NCBI GenBank assembly: GCA_963813715.1
Contig: CAWFAK010000006.1
Location: 1 to 64,000 of the forward strand
Direction of reading: 5' to 3'
DNA from: an uncultured Planctomycetaceae bacterium
GTDB lineage: Bacteria > Planctomycetota > Planctomycetia > Planctomycetales > Planctomycetaceae
Length of the DNA stretch: 64,000 bases
The position numbers and the translations under genes were made by a program. Below, piece by piece: positions 54,961 through 64,000 of this stretch (position 1 is the stretch's first letter; the number at the start of each line of letters is the position of its first letter). Under the pieces are notes generated by a model. It did not search any database. It saw only the letters and a list, made by a program, of their open reading frames with translations, and was not told the DNA's origin.

Positions 54961-55902
54961 TCAAGTTCCCTTCGTGCGCCACTCATACGAGAAGGTATAC
55001 GCGGCCGAGCGGGCGGCGGGGATGGGGTCGTCGGTCAGCTCGATTCCGTCGGTCACTTTCAGCGGATCGAAAATCAGTTGTCGTTCATCGGCCGCGCTCG
55101 TCGGCGAGACGGTTTCGATTTTCAGGCGGCCGAGTTCCACCTGACGGCGCTCGGCCGGCCAGATGACCGTCGCGTCGTCGGTGGGATCGCCAGCTTCGCC
55201 GATTTGCAGCATGAGGCGAAACGAGGCCGGGCCTTTCGCCACTCGGGCTTTCAGCTCGGCCTGCAGGAAGTTCGGATCGAGCTTGGAGGACTCATCGGGA
55301 TTGAGGTACGACTCGCCGGCTTCGGGTACCCAGTGATAGCGGCCGAAGCGGCTCGTCCCGTCGGCCGCGATGAAGCGGAACGCGTGAATTGCGTGGTAGA
55401 GCGCTTGGGTATAGCTGGCGGGGACCGGTTTCTGCATCAAGCGTCCCACAAACGCGCCGACGGCTGGATGGGTTTCGATGAAGCGGGGGACGGCCTGCGG
55501 ATCGGGCTGGCCCGTGGCGGGATCGGGAAGATTCGTTTTGAGGAACGCGAGAAACTCCTCGGCCGTGCGGGCCAAGAACGCCTCGTTCGTGATCGCCAGG
55601 AGATCGGTCTTCTTGCCGTCGGGCAGCGCGAATTTGATGGCCAAAGCGCGGACGTCCGGCACGCCGTCGTGTTCGTGAGGTTTGCCGCTCCCGTTGGAGA
55701 AGCGGATTGTGGCGGGAATCGACGACCCCTGCAGGTGCGCGGCTTTGCTGATGCTGCGGGCCTCCGGTCCGGCGACGAAGGTCCCCGTGCAGACGATCCC
55801 TTTCGCGTGTGCCGTGCGAAAACCCGGATTCTTGCCGGCAATCGCCTGCTGCACGTCGACAATCTGTTTGGCAACGCTCTTGACCGAGGCGGGAATTTCC
55901 AT
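54961..55902 (-). CDS. catalase-related peroxidase (SrpA-like)
   Basis: 'FRTAHAKG', 'RFSNGSG', 'GDPTDDAT..WP' and 'ARSAAY..SY'. Confidence 0.9.
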   Translation of the reverse strand: MEIPASVKSVAKQIVDVQQAIAGKNPGFRTAHAKGIVCTGTFVAGPEARSISKAAHLQGSSIPATIRFSNGSGKPHEHDGVPDVRALAIKFALPDGKKTDLLAITNEAFLARTAEEFLAFLKTNLPDPATGQPDPQAVPRFIETHPAVGAFVGRLMQKPVPASYTQALYHAIHAFRFIAADGTSRFGRYHWVPEAGESYLNPDESSKLDPNFLQAELKARVAKGPASFRLMLQIGEAGDPTDDATVIWPAERRQVELGRLKIETVSPTSAADERQLIFDPLKVTDGIELTDDPIPAARSAAYTFSYEWRTKGT

Positions 55903-56373
55903 GATGGCTCCTTTGACACGTTGCGCCGTTGAATGCGTTGAATCGCGAAACTGGCTGCATCGTACGCCGGCAGGCTCCGCGAGGGTAGAAGCGTGGGCGC
56001 CTGTGCAGCGCGCGTTACGGCTGGTTGTCGATAGCGTACGGGAAGTCAACGCGCGCTCGGGACGCGACGTCGGTCGCACAACGCGTCGAGAGTTTCAGAA
56101 ACTCGTCGAATCTGGCACCGCGCCGGTTGAGGAATCCGTCGCGACGGTTCGCGCCCGAAGCGTTCATCGAGCAGCCAACCCGTTTGACCTTTATAAATTA
56201 AACGAATTGCACGCGCCGTCCGATGCTAAGACGGTGGCTCGCAGGATAACCCGCAATCTTAGGCCAGATTGACATCAGATTGCCCAAACAGGGGGGAATG
56301 CGGCATCGAATCGATTGGGGTTACTAACACATGTACTGCTCCGAGTTAAGCAACGGCAGGGCATGGAACGCAA

Positions 56374-58132
56374 ATGAATCGCTCGCGACCACAGCCTACT
56401 GCCGACATTCGGAGGCAGCTCCGCGCCGTTGCGGCCGTTGCCGTCCCGGGCCTCTTGATCGTCGGCTTTGTCACGATCGGTGCCTCTGCACAATCGCCGA
56501 CACCCGGTATTAACATTGGCGACAAGCCTTCCTCGGTCGTTGCGAGTTTCGCCCCATTCGCAGGGCCCAGTTCTAACGGAACACCGCTCGCAGCGCAAGA
56601 ACCGTCCACGAACGTTCAGACACAGATGCCTACTGCCTGCCCGAATTGCCGCGGCGTCCTTGAGGGTCCAGTTCTCTCGATCGACGAGCGGGCGGCGCCG
56701 CTTGCCCGGCGCCGAGCCAGACGCAACGGACAGACCACTACCGATCAACCTGGCGACGACCCTGCGCCTGGCCGGGGCCCGGCCGGTAATCATCGAGGCG
56801 GCTCAGGCGAGTGTGGGAGTTGCGGAGGCCGCGCTGTCCAAGGCCAATGTCTTGTGGTTACCCTCGCTCAACTTTGGGGCAGGTTACTACCGGCATGACG
56901 GCGCGACCCAGGGCCAGTCCGGAACCTTCTACGACAACTCCAAAGACCAATTTTTCGCCGGCGCAGGCCTGACCGCCAGGGTGTCGATGGCAGACGCCCT
57001 GTACACGCCTCTCGCAGCACGGCAGTTGCTCCGGTCGCGAGAGATCGACACTCAAACCGCGCAGAACGATTCCTTGCTGGCGGCGGCCCTGGCGTATTTC
57101 GATGTTCAGCAGGCACGGGGCCGCGTGGCCGGGATCCGTGACGTGGTGAACAAAAGCCTGGCGCTGGGAAAGGCCATCGATGCGGAGGCCTTGGGAATCT
57201 CCAAGCCAACGGACTTGCACCGGGGGAGGGCTCTACTCGCCACATTCGAGGATGATGCCAGCACTGCCAAGGAGCAATGGGGGCTCGCCAGCGCCGCTCT
57301 GACTCGAGTGCTGCGGTTGGATCCGGTTGCCATCGTCGTCCCGCTCGAATCGCCCAACCTCCGCGTGACTCTGATCTCGCCGCACATCGCGGTGGATGCC
57401 CTGATCCCCATCGGATTGACCGGCCGGCCTGAACTTGCCTCGCAGCAGGCACTCGTGCAAGCGGCGCTCGTCAAGATCAGGCAGGAGAGCATGCGGCCGC
57501 TGGTCCCCAGCGTGATTCTGGAGGGAAGCCCCGGTCCCGCTGGACCAGGAAGCTACCTGATGGGCGGCATCTTTAGTTCCACCCTCAACGGCGTGCCGAA
57601 TCCTTCGGTGGATCGCGCGGATGTCAGCGTCGGGCTCGTGTGGGAGCTGCAAAACCTTGGGTTCGGCAATCGTGCCCTGGTTCGTGAACGACGCTCAGAG
57701 CAGGAGCAGCTCCTGGTCGAATTGTCCCACATCCAGGACACGGTCGCCGCTGAGATCGCCGCGGCCCATGTCCAGGTTCTCTCGGCGAATGCTCGCGTAG
57801 CCTCGGCTGAGAGAGGCCTCCGTGAAGCCACACTGGCCTACGAGGGCAGTCTCGAGGAAATGGGCAAAATCGAAAAAAATGGCGACGTCACAGTGATCGT
57901 CCGCCGGGCTTTTGACGTGATTGATGCGCTCAGGTCGTTGTCCAGGGCGTACGACAATTACTTTGCAAGCATCAACGACTACAACCGGGGGCAATTCAGG
58001 CTGTATCGCTCCCTGGGTTGTCCTGCTGAGATCCTGTCTTGCGAACGCTCGCCGGGACCAATCGTACCTGTGGATACGACCCGTCCGTCCCAGATGGCTC
58101 CCGTCTGCGCCCCGGACCCTTGTCCGCACTAG
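56374..58132 (+). CDS. TolC-family outer membrane protein (frameshift ~56690)
   Basis: 'PINLATTLRLAGAR', 'WLPSLNFGAGYYRHDG', 'RPEL' and 'DYNRGQFRLYRSLG'. Confidence 0.82.
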
Positions 58133-58388
58133 TGCAACGAAATTCCCAATCCCACAGCGATTCGACCGTCCCTCGCGCCTCAACTTAGTGGCTCGGTCGA
58201 CCCCCAACTGGGTGCGCGCTTCACGTGACCGACATCGAGCCCAATCGCGATTCGAACGGCTCAAATGAGGCAAACAGCCCCGGTTAGCCCGCTGGGGACG
58301 ACTGCTAGGCGAACCTGTTAAGCGGCGCGGAGTGGAGCGGTTTGGCGCAGTCATTTGCGCGAATGTCTCGCGTTGGGTCGCGGGAATC

Positions 58389-58417
58389 TTGAATCGGCGC
58401 CGCGCGAGGAGTAAGCT
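58389..58417 (+). promoter_or_regulatory. putative sigma-70 promoter TTGAAT-N17-TAAGCT
   Basis: Spacing of 17; ~300 nt upstream of the 58724 start. Confidence 0.4.
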
Positions 58418-58723
58418 CGAACCCGCATTTCTGTTTTTTAAGCTAAAGCTCCCAATCAGAGCGCGGGCTGGTCCGGTGAACGACTCCCGGACGTCGACCT
58501 CGGACGGATGATTTATCCCTCGATCCGCGTGACTTCTCTCCGCGGGGACTAACTCTCACGGCCTTGTTTCGGCGCGGACTCGCGTCGCGACCGGCTGATT
58601 GCTCGAGTCACACGACCGACAATCGCGCTTAACACGCTCGGGCTCCCGGCACGCAGCGCTGACCGCAGTGACCACGTGCGCGCGGGTCGATCTCGCATTC
58701 TTATTCTCCACAAGGAATCCGCC

Positions 58724-59665
58724 ATGCGAACCCGTCTCCCACTTCTCAGCCTTGCCGGGCTGTTCGGACTGTGCCTGGCCGGCTCGGCCTTCGCTCAAAA
58801 CGCCAAGACTCCAGCCGACGACGAAGCCACGATCCGCAAGGGCGTCGAGGATTACGCCGCCGCCTACAACAAGGGGAACTTTGACGCCGCAGGCAAGCAT
58901 TGGTCCGCCGACGCCGAGTACATCAACGACGAAGGCAAAGCGACCAAGGGGCGCGACGCCATCGTCGGCCTGTTCAAGAAAGGTCGCGTGGCGACGAAGG
59001 GTTACACCCTCAAGGTCGACGTGCAGTCGGTCCGGATGCTCAAGCCCGACGTGGCGCTCGAGGACGGCACCGTCACGCTGACGGCCCCGGACGGCACCGC
59101 CGACAAAACGCGTTTTTCGGCCGTGCTGGTGAAAGCCGACGGCACGTGGCAAATGAACCGCGTGCAAGACGTCGGCTCCGTCGCCGAGTCGGAAGAAACG
59201 ACGCCCTACGCTCGGCTCAAACAGCTCGAGTGGCTGGTCGGAAAATGGGCGGACGAAGACAAGCAGGGCAGCATCCACATGACCTGCCGCTGGGGCATGG
59301 GCAAGACCTATTTGATTCAGGAATACACGATCAAGCGGCCCAATCAGGATCCGGTCGAGATCGAGCAACGCGTCGCCTGGGATCCGATCAACGGCCACTT
59401 GCGAAGTTGGATCTTCGATTCGAAGGGGGGCTTCAGCGAGGGGACCTGGCAGCGCACGGGCAATCAATGGGACGTCGCCGTTTCGGGCGTGCTGCCTGAC
59501 GCCCGCATGGCGACCGCGCGGCAGATCTGGACGTTCGTCGACGACGACCATTTCAAATGGCAGGCCGTCGATCGCTCCATCGACAGCAAGCCGCTCGCCG
59601 ATTCCCTTACCACGTTTCGTCGGGCCGCTCCGGAAACGGCGGCGAACGAGACCGGCAGTCATTGA
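58724..59665 (+). CDS. SgcJ/EcaC-like (DUF4440, NTF2-fold) secreted protein
   Basis: Signal peptide; 'YAAAYNKGN..A....W..DAEY', 'LKQLEWLVGKW' and 'RSWIFDSKGGF'. Confidence 0.82.
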   Translation: MRTRLPLLSLAGLFGLCLAGSAFAQNAKTPADDEATIRKGVEDYAAAYNKGNFDAAGKHWSADAEYINDEGKATKGRDAIVGLFKKGRVATKGYTLKVDVQSVRMLKPDVALEDGTVTLTAPDGTADKTRFSAVLVKADGTWQMNRVQDVGSVAESEETTPYARLKQLEWLVGKWADEDKQGSIHMTCRWGMGKTYLIQEYTIKRPNQDPVEIEQRVAWDPINGHLRSWIFDSKGGFSEGTWQRTGNQWDVAVSGVLPDARMATARQIWTFVDDDHFKWQAVDRSIDSKPLADSLTTFRRAAPETAANETGSH

Positions 59666-59688
59666 GCGCACAACCCAGGAGCAGTCCC

Positions 59689-61612
59689 ATGAAAGCTCAA
59701 CTGTTTGTCATCACGTTGTGCGTTGTGCTGTTGGCGCCGCAAGCCGGGTTTTCCATCGGCGAACGGGGTGGACGCGGCGGCTTCGCCGGGGGCAGCCGCG
59801 GCCGAGCCGGCGGCGGAGGTGGGGGCGGGGGCGGGGGCGGGGGCGGCGAACGCCGTGAATTTGGCGGCGGCGAAGCCATGCATCGCACTCCGTCAATGAG
59901 CGGCGGTTCCGGACCGATGAATCGCCCGGCAAACCGCGGCGGCGGAATGGTGCCCCACGGCGGCAACGGCGGGGGCTTCGCCAATCGCGAACGGCAGCCC
60001 GAGGGGAACCACTTTGCCGGTCGTCCCGATTTCGATCGTGGTGGATCCAACGGCGGATTCAATCGCGGCGGCGAAGGAGCGCGGCCCGGCAATCAACGCC
60101 CCGGCTTTGAGAATCGACCAGGCTCCAACAATCGCCCGGGTGGCGAGAATCGACCAGGTTTCGGCACTCGTCCCGGCGCGGGAGGCGGCGGCGAACAATG
60201 GGCGGGCATCGGCAATCGTCCGAATCAGCCCAGCCGACCCGGAGAAGGCGGCGCCGGTGAACGCTGGCCGGGAGCGGGCAATCGACCGGAACGACCCGGT
60301 CAGGGTGGCAGCGGGGAACGGTGGCCCGGCGCGGGCAATCGTCCCGACGAGCCGAGCCGTCCCGGACAGGGAGGCAGCGGCGAACGCTGGCCGAATGCCA
60401 ACAATCGGCCCAACTGGCCGGGTGGAAATGATCGGCCCAATTGGCCGAATGGTGGCAACAACCGACCCAACTGGCCGAACGGCGGCGGCAACGACCGACC
60501 TGACTGGGCGGGTGGCGGCAATCGACCGAACTGGCCGAACCGTCCGGGCCAATTGCCACGGCCGGAGAACGGACCGAACATCGGCGATCGCACGAATATT
60601 GGCAATCGCACCAATATCAACACGGGCAACCAGGGCGACATCAACGTCCACAACAACAGCAATTAACAACACCAACAACTTCGCGAACAACCGCAACTGG
60701 AACGGCGGCGGCAACTGGAACAACTGGCACGGACCGTACGACCATTGGCACGGGCAATACGGCAATTGGAACGGCGGCTCGTGGAACAACTTCTATCACG
60801 CGCCGGCGGCGTGGTACGGCACGGGCGTGGCGACCGGCTGGCTCGCGTCGCCCGGAGACACCTACGTCTACAGCAACCCCTTCTACGTGGCGCCGCAGCC
60901 GCTCGCAGTGGGCGCCGCGCCGGTCGACGTCAATTACAACTACATCGACTACTCGCAGCCGATTCCCGTGCCGCCGCAGGACGAGGCGGTGACCTACTCC
61001 GACAACGGTTCGGGTTACGCCTACGGACCCCAAACGCAGTCGGACGGCTATCCACCGAGTGACGCAGGTACGCCCGCGGCGCCGCCGGATGCTCCGGCCG
61101 CCGCGGACAACGGCCCGTCTTCGCCGGCCGCACAGGTCTTCGAGGCGGCGCGCAACGCGTTCAAGTCGAACGATTACGACCAGGCGCTGCGGCAGATCGA
61201 TCAGGCGATCAAGCTGCAATCGAGCGACCCGACGTTGCACGAGTTCCGCACACTCGTGCTATTTGCCCAGGGAAAATACCGCGACGCGGCCGCCGGCGCT
61301 TACGCCGTTCTTTCGGCCGGGCCCGGTTGGACCTGGGAGACGGTGCGCGAACTGTACGCCGATCCCGAGACCTACACGCGTCAGCTGCGGCAATTGGAGC
61401 AGTACGTCCGCGCACACGAGAGTGCCAGCGACGGACTGTTTCTCTTGGCGTACGAGTATCTGGTGTTGAACCACGTCCCCAGCGCGATCAAAGAGCTGCA
61501 GAAGTTCGAGAAGCTCGTGCCGCAGGACAAACTCGCGCCGCAATTGATTGCGGCCTTTACTCCCCCGGCTGGAGCGCAGGCGGCAAACGAGCCTCCGCCG
61601 GGGTCGAAATAG
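59689..61612 (+). CDS. secreted Gly/Asn/Arg-rich low-complexity protein with C-terminal TPR (frameshift ~60660)
   Basis: Signal peptide, 'GQGGSGERWP' and 'NRPNWP' repeats, 'DYSQPI', 'HEFRTLVLFAQGKY' and 'GPGWTW'. Confidence 0.82.
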
Positions 61613-61659
61613 CGTGTTGATTCCGATTCGAACACAACTTGGGCCCTGAGGAGCCTGTC

Positions 61660-62034
61660 ATGGGTTTATTCACGACTCTTGCCGAAATGGTGGTCTCCGG
61701 TTTCGGCAATCCAGACTCGACGCAAGCCAAGCTGGCGAGCGCCGTCGTCAAACGATTTCAGACCAACGACGGAGGCGGCCTGGCCGAGGTGTTGCAGCAA
61801 TTGGAGCAAAAGGGACTGGGCCAGGTGGCTCAGTCGTGGGTCGGCTCGGGGGCCAACCAGTCGATCACGCCCGAGCAGCTCAAGCAGGTGATGGGCTCGG
61901 AATGGATTCAGAAGCTGGCCGCTCAAGTCGGCGTCTCGCCCGACGAGATCAGCGAGCACCTGTCGGAAATTCTGCCCAAGATCGTCGATCGCCTGACGCC
62001 GAACGGCCAGGTGCCGGCGGCCGCCCAATCCTGA
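61660..62034 (+). CDS. YidB (DUF937) family protein
   Basis: 'GGLAEVLQQLEQKGLG...QSWVGSGANQSITPEQL...LP.IVDRLTPNG'. Confidence 0.9.
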   Translation: MGLFTTLAEMVVSGFGNPDSTQAKLASAVVKRFQTNDGGGLAEVLQQLEQKGLGQVAQSWVGSGANQSITPEQLKQVMGSEWIQKLAAQVGVSPDEISEHLSEILPKIVDRLTPNGQVPAAAQS

Positions 62035-62042
62035 AACCCGTG

Positions 62043-62068
62043 CCGCGTCGCTCCCCGGGACGACGCGG
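62043..62068 (+). terminator. hairpin after the YidB-like gene
   Basis: CCGCGTCG-N10-CGACGCGG followed by TTT. Confidence 0.45.
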
Positions 62069-62144
62069 TTTCCTCTTACCGGAGTTTCTTCAACTCGTTC
62101 AGCTTCCTTCACCCCGTGCAGTTTCTTCTGGAGAACGATCACTC

Positions 62145-62950
62145 ATGTCACGCCTGCCCCTCTCTTTCACACTTTGCAGTCTGATTGTCGGGACTGCGCT
62201 GCTCGCAGCTCCCAATGTCCAAGCCAAGGATTCCGAGATCAAGGACGGGATCCCGGGAATCGTCGTCAAGGTCGACGCCGCTCAAGGCACCGTCACCATC
62301 GCGGAGAAGGAAGGCCGCGAGCGGACCTACACCGTCAACCAGGAAACGCAGATCATCGGACCGCGCGGCGGCATCGTCCATTCGCGGCTGCATGATCACC
62401 GCTTCCACGCGGGTCTGCCGATCACCGTCGTCGCCAACGGCACGACGGCGGCCGAGCTGCACTTGGGTTACGACCGCAAAGCCCGCGCGGGCCGCTCGAC
62501 GTCTTCGCGCGCAGCACAACGACCGCCCCAGCTGAAACACCGGCGACGACCGATTCGGGCGCGGCGACGCCGCCGGCCAATCCGGCCCCGACTCCGGCCC
62601 CCTCCACCACCCGCACGACCCGCTTCCGCGGAGTCGAGGCCCGTCGCGCAGCGGCTAAAGACGCCAAGGAGGAAGAGGAAGACGAAGACAACGAATTCCC
62701 GGGCAAGGTGAAGAGTGTCGATCCGACCCGCCACATGCTGGTCATTACGCTGGTCAACGGTAAGGACCGCTCGTTCCTCGTCTCGTCGGAAGCCAAGGTG
62801 CTGGTGAACAGCCGCGCGAGCCGGCACGGCCTTGGCGATCCGGCGCTGCAGCCGGGCGCCTCGCTCACCGTCGTTACCGAAGAAGGTGGACGGAAGGTCA
62901 AAGAAGTGAAGCTGACGCCGGCCGCCCGTCGCCTGCGGAAAGCCAGCTGA
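62145..62950 (+). CDS. secreted hypothetical protein with two OB-fold-like domains (frameshift ~62520)
   Basis: Signal peptide; 'GIVVKVD..QGTVTI...ERTYTV..ET.I.GP.GG' and 'GKVKSVD....LVI...KDRSFLV'. Confidence 0.65.
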
Positions 62951-63024
62951 ACCGCGGCTCCCGCCGCCAGCCGAAATCGACCGGGGCCGCGCGATCGTCG
63001 CGCGGTCCCGGGCCGTCGATCTTT

Positions 63025-63050
63025 GGAACCATTTACACAGTCGACCCGAC
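63025..63050 (+). promoter_or_regulatory. putative ECF promoter GGAACC-N16-CGAC
   Basis: Just upstream of the 63083 start. Confidence 0.4.
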
Positions 63051-63082
63051 CGAGATTCCTGCAACTTTGAGAGGCCCGCACG

Positions 63083-63388
63083 ATGTTACGCCGATACGCC
63101 ACGACGCTCTTCGCATTTCTGATCATCGCCGGCACGGTGCTGGCCGCGGACAAGACGTTCAACGCCACCTTGATCAAGGTGGACGTCAAAAAGAAGCTGC
63201 TGATCGTCAAGGTGGAGGATGAAAAGAAGGAATACGTCATCGACTCGAAGACGAAGTTCCTCGGGCCCAAGGGTGGCCTCAGCGACGACGGCATCAAGGA
63301 CGACCGCCTCAAGCCGGGTGCCGCGCTCGAACTCGTGATCGCGGGCAACAACCGGACGGTCCGCGAGGTTCATTTGCCGAAGCGATAA
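63083..63388 (+). CDS. small secreted protein, single copy of the same OB-fold-like domain
   Basis: Signal peptide; 'LIKVD..KKLLIV...KKEYVI...TKF.GPKGG..DDRLKPG'. Confidence 0.75.
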   Translation: MLRRYATTLFAFLIIAGTVLAADKTFNATLIKVDVKKKLLIVKVEDEKKEYVIDSKTKFLGPKGGLSDDGIKDDRLKPGAALELVIAGNNRTVREVHLPKR

Positions 63389-63424
63389 GTCGGCTGGGTC
63401 ACGCGCTGGGCGGAAGACGCGGGT

Positions 63425-63815
63425 TTAGTTCGCGATCGACGGCGACACGAACGCCCGCCCCGCCAGCGCGGCCCGCAAGGCCGGCGCGAGATCCGAGGCC
63501 AGACGCGACTTCACCACGTAGCCCAGCCCGCCGGCCGCCTGCGCCTCGCGCACATAGTCCTCGTCGGCGTGCACGGTGAGAAAGACGATTTTGGCCCGCG
63601 CCGGACGCCGTCAGTTGCCGCGCCGCCTCGATGCCGTTGACCACGGGCATCGTGATGTCGAGCACGAGCAGGTCCGGATCGTGACGCGGAACGTTCTCGA
63701 CCAGCGACTGTCCGTCGCCCACTGTGTCGACAACATCGAACTCCGGCTCAAGCAGTCGCGCCGTCGCGGCCAGAAAGTCCCGGTGATCGTCGGCCAGCAG
63801 CACGCGAGCGCGCAC
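63425..63815 (-). CDS. stand-alone NarL-type receiver domain response regulator (frameshift ~63600)
   Basis: 'VLLADDH', 'PDLLVLDITMP..NGIEAARQL', then 'KIVFLTVH...GYVVKS'. Confidence 0.85.
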
Positions 63816-64000
63816 CTGCCATCTCCATCGGAATTAGGAACGGGACCGGAACAATGCGTTGCTTCACAGAACGCTAACACTGCGTCGCGCGAGTCGCTAC
63901 TGACAAAACTGACAGGACGGCCGGTTAAATGTCGGCAATGTGTCATTGGTCGGTTGGTCAGACCGAGACCAGTCCTTGCTTCATCGCAAACTGCACCAGC

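Noticed and set aside
58267..58294. Possible fifth ECF promoter (GAGGCAAA at 58267)
   Set aside because: After 13 nt it reads CCCGCTG, not TCGCCAC.
60180..60560. Regularly spaced repeats suggestive of a CRISPR array
   Set aside because: These are in-frame peptide repeats inside a CDS; no cas genes or identical repeat-spacer array occur in the window.

Overview
GC-rich bacterial chromosome segment, almost certainly from Planctomycetota. Lineage markers are DUF1549/DUF1553 and DUF1501 genes, ECF sigma + Ser/Thr kinase pairs, secreted proteins with 'LExRxLL' leaders, and an SgcJ-like + Gly/Asn-rich TPR gene pair. About 20 genes are broken by 1-bp indels, most likely long-read consensus errors, so many CDS coordinates span several ORF-track frames. 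Main content: (1) a Yersinia/Salmonella-type ripC-ripB-ripA itaconate-degradation operon with an extra SnoaL gene and a Tat-signal MmgE/PrpD gene, bracketed by copies of an unexplained ~190-bp non-coding repeat; (2) a TIGR02999-type ECF sigma + kinase-WD40 locus with four exact copies of GAGGCAAA-N13-TCGCCAC, one before the kinase and one before each of three secreted proteins, which looks like a readable ECF regulon; (3) a second ECF/kinase pair, esterases, a VIT-vWA gene and metK; (4) a DUF6161-like gene plus a solitary RepA-like AAA helicase among REP-like palindromes; (5) an HK/NtrC two-component pair divergent from a sigma-54 promoter that precedes an Arg-rich 46-aa ORF coupled (ATGA) to a minimal tyrosine recombinase; (6) porin, K+ channel, two DUF1254 genes, sulfatase, catalase-like and TolC genes. 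Two copies of an apparently unannotated ~66-90 aa small-protein family also occur. No rRNA, tRNA or CRISPR array was seen. Family assignments come from recalled motifs, not database searches.
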